Of a stretch of 64,000 nucleotides of DNA, positions 58,359 to 64,000 are shown one piece after another (positions within the stretch are counted from its first letter, which is position 1; the number at the start of each line of letters is the position of its first letter). The DNA is taken from positions 3,218-67,217 of the forward strand of contig NZ_JBASAK010000054.1 of NCBI RefSeq assembly GCF_049650565.1. The letters are read 5' to 3'. Both the position numbers and the translations under genes were made by a program. The notes beneath the pieces are model-generated. The model was not told the origin of the DNA, searched no databases, and was given only the letters and a program-made list of their open reading frames with translations. The stretch comes from Microbacterium sp. Its GTDB lineage: Bacteria > Actinomycetota > Actinomycetes > Actinomycetales > Microbacteriaceae.

Positions 58359-59908
58359 CCGCGCTGGTCCCCCTGGTCGTGATGCTGCCGCTGCTGGGCG
58401 CCGCCATCACCCTGATCTACGGCCGCAACCCGCGCCTGCAGATGCTGGTGACCGCCGGCACCCTGGCATCCGTCTCGGTCATCGCGGCGATCCTGCTGGC
58501 GACGGTCGACGGATCGGGCAAGCCGCTGGCGGTCTCGGTGGGCGGCTGGCCGGTGCCGTTCGGCATCGTGCTGTACGTCGACCGGCTGGCGGCGCTGATG
58601 GTGCTGGTCTCCAGCATCGTGCTGCTGGCAGTGCTGCTGTTCTCGATCGGCCAGGGCGCGGCCGACGGGATCGAGGAGACCCCGATCTCCATCTTCAACC
58701 CGACGTACCTGATCCTCGCGGCGGGCATCTTCGACGCGTTCATCGCGGGCGATCTGTTCAACCTGTACGTCGGGTTCGAGATCCTGCTGGTGGCCTCCTA
58801 CGTGCTGATCACCCTGGGCAGCACCGAGTCCCGCATCCGCACCGGCGCGGTGTACATCGTCGTCTCGCTGGTGTCGTCGATCCTGTTCCTGGCCGCGATC
58901 GCGATGATCTACGGCGCCGTCGGCACGGTGAACATGGCGCAGATCGCCGAGCGGGTGTCGCAGCTGCCGCCCGAGACCCAGCTCGTACTGCACCTGATGC
59001 TGGTGATCGCGTTCGGCATCAAGGCCGCGGTGTTCCCGGTGTCGTTCTGGCTGCCGGACTCCTATCCGACCGCACCCGCGCCGGTCACCGCGGTGTTCGC
59101 GGGACTGCTGACCAAGGTGGGCGTGTACGCCCTGATCCGCACCGAGACGCAGCTCTTCGCCTCGAGCGACATCAACACGCTGCTGCTGATCGTGGCTCTG
59201 GCGACCATGGTGGTGGGGGTGCTGGGCGCTGTCGCGCAGGCCGAGCTCAAGCGCATCCTGTCGTTCACGCTGGTCAGCCATGTCGGGTACATGGTCTTCG
59301 GCCTGGCCATCGCCACCGAGGCCGCCATCGGCGCCACGGTGTACTACATCGTGCACCACATCGTCGTGCAGACGACGCTGTTCCTCGCCGTCGGGCTCAT
59401 CGAGCGCAAGGCCGGCAGCACGTCCATCCTGCGGGTGAGCGGGCTGATGAAAGCCGCTCCGCTGCTGGCCATCCTGTACTTCGTGCCGGCCATCAACCTC
59501 GGCGGCCTGCCGCCGTTCTCCGGTTTCATCGGCAAGATCGCGCTGTTCGAGGCCGCCGCGCAGGTCGGCACGCCGCTGATGATCGTGCTGATCCTGGGCG
59601 GCATCCTCACCTCCCTGCTGACCCTGTACGCGCTGATGCGCGCCTGGAACCTCGCATTCTGGCGCGAGGGCGACGACTTCTCCGAGATCGAGGGGCGCGT
59701 CGGCTACCTCGGCAAGGCGCCCGCTGCCGACGTGCAGCAGGAGACTCGCCGCATCCCGGCGATCATGACCGTGGCGACGGCGGGCATGGTGGCCGTCACG
59801 GTGTCGCTCACCGTGTTCGCCGGCCCGCTGTACGCTCTGTGCGACCGGATCGGCGCCGGACTGCTGCAGCCGGTCTCGCTCGTGCAGATCGACGAGGAGG
59901 CGGGATGA
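58355..59908 (+). CDS. mrpD: Na+/H+ antiporter subunit D
   Basis: The product has a NuoN/NuoM-like core (FNLYVGFEILLVASYVLI, KAAVFPVSFWLPDSYPTAPAPVTAVFAGLLTKVG). Confidence 0.9.
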   Translation: MTALVPLVVMLPLLGAAITLIYGRNPRLQMLVTAGTLASVSVIAAILLATVDGSGKPLAVSVGGWPVPFGIVLYVDRLAALMVLVSSIVLLAVLLFSIGQGAADGIEETPISIFNPTYLILAAGIFDAFIAGDLFNLYVGFEILLVASYVLITLGSTESRIRTGAVYIVVSLVSSILFLAAIAMIYGAVGTVNMAQIAERVSQLPPETQLVLHLMLVIAFGIKAAVFPVSFWLPDSYPTAPAPVTAVFAGLLTKVGVYALIRTETQLFASSDINTLLLIVALATMVVGVLGAVAQAELKRILSFTLVSHVGYMVFGLAIATEAAIGATVYYIVHHIVVQTTLFLAVGLIERKAGSTSILRVSGLMKAAPLLAILYFVPAINLGGLPPFSGFIGKIALFEAAAQVGTPLMIVLILGGILTSLLTLYALMRAWNLAFWREGDDFSEIEGRVGYLGKAPAADVQQETRRIPAIMTVATAGMVAVTVSLTVFAGPLYALCDRIGAGLLQPVSLVQIDEEAG

Positions 59909-60546
59909 ACCCCGAGTCGAAGCGCGGCTTGGGCCGCGACCTTCTGCTGCAGCTGCCGTTCCTGCTGTGGCTGATCCTGCTGTGGATGCTGCTGTGGAAC
60001 CAGTTCACGCCGCTGGCGCTGGTCACCGGCATCGTGGTCGCGTTCTTCGTGACCCGCGTGTTCCGGCTGCCGACCGTCGAACTCGTCGGCCGCGTCAACG
60101 TCTGGTACTCGCTGGTGTTCGTCGTGCTGTTCCTGGGCGCCGTGGTCGCGGGCGCCATGAGCGTGGCGATCCAGGTGTTCGACTTCCGCCGCCAGCCGGG
60201 CGCCGCCATCGTCGAGGTGCCGCTGCGCTACGCCGACGACATCATCACCACGCACGTCGCGGTCACGGCATCCCTGATCCCGGGTTCTCTGGTGGTGGAG
60301 AGCGATCGGAACCGGCGCACGCTGTACCTGCACGTGATCGGCATGCACACGTCCGAGGACGTTGACCGGTTCCGCGCCGAGGTGCTGCGCTGGGAGCGCC
60401 GGATCGTGCGCGCCGTGGGCACGCCCGCGCAGTATGCGGCGCTGAAGGCGGATGCTGCGGTCGGGGGTGCTTCGACAGGCTCAGCAGCCCCTGGGTCGCT
60501 GAGCCTGTCGAAGCGTCGTGCCCAGACGAACGGAGACGTCCGATGA
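59905..60546 (+). CDS. mrpE: Na+/H+ antiporter subunit E
   Basis: The ATG overlaps the mrpD stop (ATGA). The motifs are LLWLILLWMLLWNQFT and TASLIPGSLVVE. Confidence 0.8.
   Translation: MNPESKRGLGRDLLLQLPFLLWLILLWMLLWNQFTPLALVTGIVVAFFVTRVFRLPTVELVGRVNVWYSLVFVVLFLGAVVAGAMSVAIQVFDFRRQPGAAIVEVPLRYADDIITTHVAVTASLIPGSLVVESDRNRRTLYLHVIGMHTSEDVDRFRAEVLRWERRIVRAVGTPAQYAALKADAAVGGASTGSAAPGSLSLSKRRAQTNGDVR
60469..60514. repeat. hairpin repeat family B, full two-arm copy inside the mrpE 3' coding region
   Basis: The arms GCTTCGACAGGCTCAGC (60469-60485) and GCTGAGCCTGTCGAAGC (60498-60514) form a perfect 17-bp inverted repeat around the loop AGCCCCTGGGTC. Confidence 0.85.
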
Positions 60547-60812
60547 ACCCGCTGCTCATCGCGATCATGGTGGTGTTCGGCGTCGCCGCGATCCTCACGG
60601 TGATCCGGATCGTGCGCGGACCGTCGATCCTGGACCGCACCGTGGCATCCGACGTGCTGCTGACCGAGGTGATGTGCGTGCTGGGTGCCGACATGGCCAT
60701 CAACGGGCACACCCGCAACATCCCGGTGATGCTCATCATCGCGGCCGTCAGCGTGTTCGGGTCGATCGCCGTGGCCCGCTACGTCGCACGGAGGGACAAC
60801 CCCACGCCATGA
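60543..60812 (+). CDS. mrpF: Na+/H+ antiporter subunit F
   Basis: The 89-aa product has three hydrophobic helices and contains RIVRGPSILDRTVASD. It is translationally coupled on both sides. Confidence 0.85.
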   Translation: MNPLLIAIMVVFGVAAILTVIRIVRGPSILDRTVASDVLLTEVMCVLGADMAINGHTRNIPVMLIIAAVSVFGSIAVARYVARRDNPTP

Positions 60813-61201
60813 CCTCCTTCCTCGAGCTCGCGATCCCGCAGCAGGTGGCCGATGTCGCCGTGCTGGTGCTGGTGCTGATCGGCGCGATCCTGTGCCTCTC
60901 GGCGGCCGTGGGGCTGCTGCACTTCCGCGACGTGCCCAGTCGGCTGCACGCCGCCACCAAGCCTCAGGTGCTGGGCCTCGTGCTGATCTGCGTGGCGATC
61001 GCCGTCGCGCAGCGCACCATCGGCGGGATGCTGATGGGACTGCTCATCGTGATCCCCGTGATCCTGCTGCAGTTCGCGACCGCCCCGCTGTCGGCGCACA
61101 TGGTGGGCAGGCAGGCCTACCGCAACGGCACCATCAACCAGCGCGCCCTCGTGGTCGACGAGTACGCCGAGTCCAAGACCACGCCGCCGGGGGCCGGCTG
61201 A
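60809..61201 (+). CDS. mrpG: Na+/H+ antiporter subunit G
   Basis: The ATG overlaps the mrpF stop. The product contains LLHFRDVPSRLHAATKPQVLG, typical of MnhG. Confidence 0.85.
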   Translation: MTSFLELAIPQQVADVAVLVLVLIGAILCLSAAVGLLHFRDVPSRLHAATKPQVLGLVLICVAIAVAQRTIGGMLMGLLIVIPVILLQFATAPLSAHMVGRQAYRNGTINQRALVVDEYAESKTTPPGAG

Positions 61202-61222
61202 CGCACTCACGGCGGTTGACTC

Positions 61223-62551
61223 TCAATACACGGTGAATTCGAACGGCAGGTCGCCGCCGATCGACGCAGGCAGCAGCGCGCGGTGACGATCTGTCAGTTC
61301 ATCGCACATCAGCCAGATCCGCTCCGGTGTCGCCGACGAGGAGGCATTGCCATCCGCGAGAACCGCCTGACGCACCATTCGCGCATCTCCGGTCTTCAGC
61401 GCTTCGACGGTGAGCTCGGCGACGGAGAGATAGGTGCGGTTCAGCGCGGCGCCGAAGGCAGGGATCCGGCCCATCGGCTGCGGGTGCACTCCGTCTCGGT
61501 CGACGGAGGCCGGAACCTCCACCGGCGTGCCCTCGGGAAGGTTGTCGATGAGCCCGTCGTTGAGCACGTTTGCGTGGATCGTCCGCGTGGAGCCGGTCAG
61601 TAGCGAGTGGATGATGAGAGGGGCGTACTCGGCGGCGTCGCCGGAGTCGGGAAGGGTAAGGTTCTCGCCCGCTGACAGCAGTCGCTTTGCCTCGGCGACC
61701 TCGGCGAGGTTCTCGTCCGAGATCCCCAGGTACTCCAGAGGCGTGATCCGGAAGCGCTCGATCTGCTCGGGGGAGCGCATGAACCAGGGCAGGTACTCCG
61801 CCGAGTGCTCGCTGCTCTCCGTGGGGAAGCGTCCGATGCGGGAGTACATCTCGACGCGTACGCGTCTGCGGAGTTCCGGATCATCGGCGAACAGGGCATC
61901 CAGCCTCGGGTAGAGGTCCTCACCCTGGTGGGAGAGCTCCATCATCCACGCCTGGTGATTGACGCCGGCTGCGCGGTAGGTCACCTCGCTCAGCGGAACG
62001 TCCAGCAGTGCGCACAGGCCCTTCGCTGTCCAGTACACGCTGTGGCACAGGCCGACCGACTTCAGATCCGGCGCGACGGTCTTCCACCACCAGACGTTCA
62101 TCGCCATCGGGTTGGTGTAGTTCAGCACCCATGCATCGGGGCAGATCGCGCGGATGTCGGCGGCGATCTCCGAGATCGCCGGGAATGTGCGCAGAGCGCG
62201 GAACACGCCGCCGACGCCTGTCGTGTCTCCGATCGTCTGCAGCACGCCGTGCTTCTCCGGTACCTGCAAGTCGATCTGGGTGGCGGGCACGCCACCGACC
62301 TGGATCATGATGACCACGGCGAGAGCTCCTTCGAGTGCCGCTCGTCGATCCTGCGTGGCGATGACAGTCAGCGGCTTGCGGAGCTGGGCGGCCACGTTCT
62401 CGGCGGTCAACCGAGCGATCTCCAGTCGCTCGGGATCGATGTCGTGCAGTGCGACTTCGAGGTGGGGAACGTCATCGAAACGAAGCAGGTCGACCAGCAG
62501 TTGGCGGGTGAACACCGCGGAGCCGGCGCCGAGGAAGACAATACGGGTCAT
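61223..62551 (-). CDS. glycoside hydrolase family 4 (NAD/Mn-dependent alpha-galactosidase or alpha-glucosidase type)
   Basis: The product has the N-terminal Rossmann fold IVFLGAGSAVFTRQL, the motif NYTNPMAM, and the GH4 Cys-His context VGLCHSVYWT. Confidence 0.85.
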   Translation of the reverse strand: MTRIVFLGAGSAVFTRQLLVDLLRFDDVPHLEVALHDIDPERLEIARLTAENVAAQLRKPLTVIATQDRRAALEGALAVVIMIQVGGVPATQIDLQVPEKHGVLQTIGDTTGVGGVFRALRTFPAISEIAADIRAICPDAWVLNYTNPMAMNVWWWKTVAPDLKSVGLCHSVYWTAKGLCALLDVPLSEVTYRAAGVNHQAWMMELSHQGEDLYPRLDALFADDPELRRRVRVEMYSRIGRFPTESSEHSAEYLPWFMRSPEQIERFRITPLEYLGISDENLAEVAEAKRLLSAGENLTLPDSGDAAEYAPLIIHSLLTGSTRTIHANVLNDGLIDNLPEGTPVEVPASVDRDGVHPQPMGRIPAFGAALNRTYLSVAELTVEALKTGDARMVRQAVLADGNASSSATPERIWLMCDELTDRHRALLPASIGGDLPFEFTVY

Positions 62552-62658
62552 GACCCAGATAATCGCCAACTCTGTTTACATGCGCAAGGATTATGGCGAT
62601 ATCGTTGGGAACTGCTCAATCTGGCTGAGCGGTCGGATCTTCAGGAAAGGTGCTCACT

Positions 62659-63474
62659 GTGTCGTCACCGAATTCTGCGCCCACGGACCACGTGTCACGA
62701 AAGCGCGGGATGCGCTTCGTGGCGATCCTCGATCTGGTCGCCGAGCGGCGGGTGCTGTCGATGCATGAGCTGGTCTCAGCGCTGGGCGTCTCTCCGGCGA
62801 GCGTCCGGCGTGATCTCGTGGAACTCGAGCGCCGCCGTCTGATCGCGCGAACGCATGGCCATGTGCGGGCCCTGGATGAACCGGAGATCCCTCCGGCGCT
62901 GCGGCGCACGCGTGGTGAGGTCTTCAAGCGCAGGATCGCTCGCGCCGTGGCCGATCGGCTCCCTGACGAACGCTGCGCTGTCGCGCTGTCCGGCGGCACG
63001 ACGACGGCAGCCGTCGCGGCTGAGCTCATCGGTCGCCAGCGTCTGACACTCGTGACGAACTCGCTGACAATCGCAGAACTGGTGCACAGTCAGCCGTCCG
63101 CGAGGATCGTCCTGACGGGTGGAGCGCTCCGACCGCAGTCGCTGGAGATGGTCGGCCCGATCGCCGAGCACACCTTCAGCGGTTTCAACGTGGGCTGGGC
63201 GATCCTCGGCGCGGATGGCGTTGACGCCGAAGCCGGCGTCACGACGCACGACGACACGGAGGCTCGCACGAACCGCGCGATGATGACCAGCGCGCAGCGC
63301 ACGATCGTCGTCGCCGACGGTTCGAAGATCGGCATGGTGACGCTCGCCCAGATGGTCCCGATCGGCGACGTCGACCTGCTGGTCACGGACACGTCCGCCG
63401 ACACCTCGCACCTGGACCGCATCCGGGCCGCGGGTATCGAAGTCGTCGTCGTGAGCGACGAAGTCATCATCTGA
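62659..63474 (+). CDS. DeoR/GlpR family transcriptional regulator
   Basis: The HTH is LSMHELVSALGVSPASVRRDLVELE, followed by a C-terminal sugar-phosphate sensor fold. GTG at 62659 lies 8 nt after AGGAAAGG. Alternative starts are at 62650 and 62710. Confidence 0.85.
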   Translation: MSSPNSAPTDHVSRKRGMRFVAILDLVAERRVLSMHELVSALGVSPASVRRDLVELERRRLIARTHGHVRALDEPEIPPALRRTRGEVFKRRIARAVADRLPDERCAVALSGGTTTAAVAAELIGRQRLTLVTNSLTIAELVHSQPSARIVLTGGALRPQSLEMVGPIAEHTFSGFNVGWAILGADGVDAEAGVTTHDDTEARTNRAMMTSAQRTIVVADGSKIGMVTLAQMVPIGDVDLLVTDTSADTSHLDRIRAAGIEVVVVSDEVII

Positions 63475-63615
63475 AGTGAGCGATTTGGGACCGAGCGTTG
63501 ACGAATGTTCATTTGTGCACTTGAGTGTGGGGCAATGACGACGGGCACGAAGGTGCGCTCTCGTCATCCCGCGGCATGACTCCTCGTGCCGCGGCCAGCG
63601 CGAGAAAGGGCTCCC

Positions 63616-64000
63616 GTGGCAAGTTCGAAGCAGAAGACGAACCGGGCACGACAGCTGGTAAGCATCGGCGCGACGACGGCCGTCGTGGCAATGGTGCTGG
63701 CCGGTTGCTCCAGCTCGGGTGCGCCCGCCGGTGGCAGCGATGCGACGACAGGCGTCACCATCACCGTCGCATTGGCGCAGGATGCACCACCGCAGGCGGC
63801 GCTGGATGCGTTCAAGAAGGACACCGGCATCACGGTGAAGTGGGTCAATCTCGATTGGGACAGCCTGCAGACGAAGATCTCCGCGGCGGCTTCCGCCAAC
63901 TCCTACTTCGCTGACGCCACCAACGTCGACTGGTCACGCGTGGGCCAACTGGGCAGGCTCGGCTGGTTCCAGCCGATGGAGGATCTGGTCGACACCGAGG
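63616..64000 (+). CDS. ABC sugar transporter substrate-binding lipoprotein, 3' end outside the window
   Basis: This gene is not in the ORF track because there is no stop inside the window. GTG at 63616 follows GAGAAAGGG. The translation is VASSKQKTNRARQLVSIGATTAVVAMVLAGCSS (lipobox LAGC), then TITVALAQDAPPQAALDAFKKDTGITVKWVN. Confidence 0.75.
   Translation, partial: MASSKQKTNRARQLVSIGATTAVVAMVLAGCSSSGAPAGGSDATTGVTITVALAQDAPPQAALDAFKKDTGITVKWVNLDWDSLQTKISAAASANSYFADATNVDWSRVGQLGRLGWFQPMEDLVDTE

Noticed and set aside
63525-63914. 129-aa plus-strand ORF at the right edge
   Set aside because: The translation is Arg/Gly/His-rich. A different frame starting at GTG 63616 gives a clean lipoprotein signal (LAGC) and a solute-binding-protein-like sequence that continues off the window.
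61223-64000. Sugar-utilisation cluster (GH4, DeoR, binding protein) as a horizontally acquired island
   Set aside because: The cluster looks slightly less GC-rich by eye. I did not compute composition, and there are no mobility genes, flanking repeats or tRNA at its borders. The window also ends inside the cluster.

Overview
This window is the replication-origin region of a very high-GC actinobacterial chromosome. Gene content and order look like Microbacteriaceae (Microbacterium-like), but the taxon is an inference.

Gene layout, left to right:
- **Left edge (plus strand):** trxB and trxA.
- **Left of the origin (minus strand):** parB-parA, a small GIY-YIG gene, rsmG, jag, yidC, yidD, rnpA, rpmH.
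- **Origin block (plus strand):** dnaA, a DnaA-box cluster (oriC candidate), dnaN, recF, a DUF721/DciA-like gene, gyrB, gyrA.
- **Small housekeeping and regulatory modules:** a VIT transporter, a LiaS/R-like two-component system with a DUF4097 gene, tRNA-Ile and tRNA-Ala, a SoxR/MBL divergent pair, a MerR/SDR pair, an aminotransferase, USP, NUDIX and YbaK genes.
- **Conserved actinobacterial division/signalling block:** ppiA, rhomboid, crgA, sortase, trpG, pknB, a second Ser/Thr kinase, pbpA, rodA, pstP, fhaB, fhaA, tRNA-Leu.
- **Right side:** a GntR/ABC module, cspA, an actin-like (ParM-type) ATPase with a small partner gene, a HAD phosphatase, nucS, a MFS/LacI pair, a large membrane protein, a six-gene Mrp cation/proton antiporter, and a GH4/DeoR/sugar-binding-protein cluster that runs off the window.

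I found no rRNA, no CRISPR array and no transposase or integrase.

Observations most worth a second look:
1. The chromosomal ParM-like ATPase plus adaptor-like pair has no plasmid or prophage context.
2. Five strong parS sites around parAB each sit next to a copy of a hairpin repeat.
3. Two short hairpin repeat families occur in the window, and some copies lie inside coding sequence.
4. A four-box DnaA-box cluster lies in a promoterless convergent gap 22 kb from oriC.

Many long ORFs in the supplied track are antisense shadows typical of high-GC DNA, and I rejected them. All family names come from motif recognition by eye. No searches were run.
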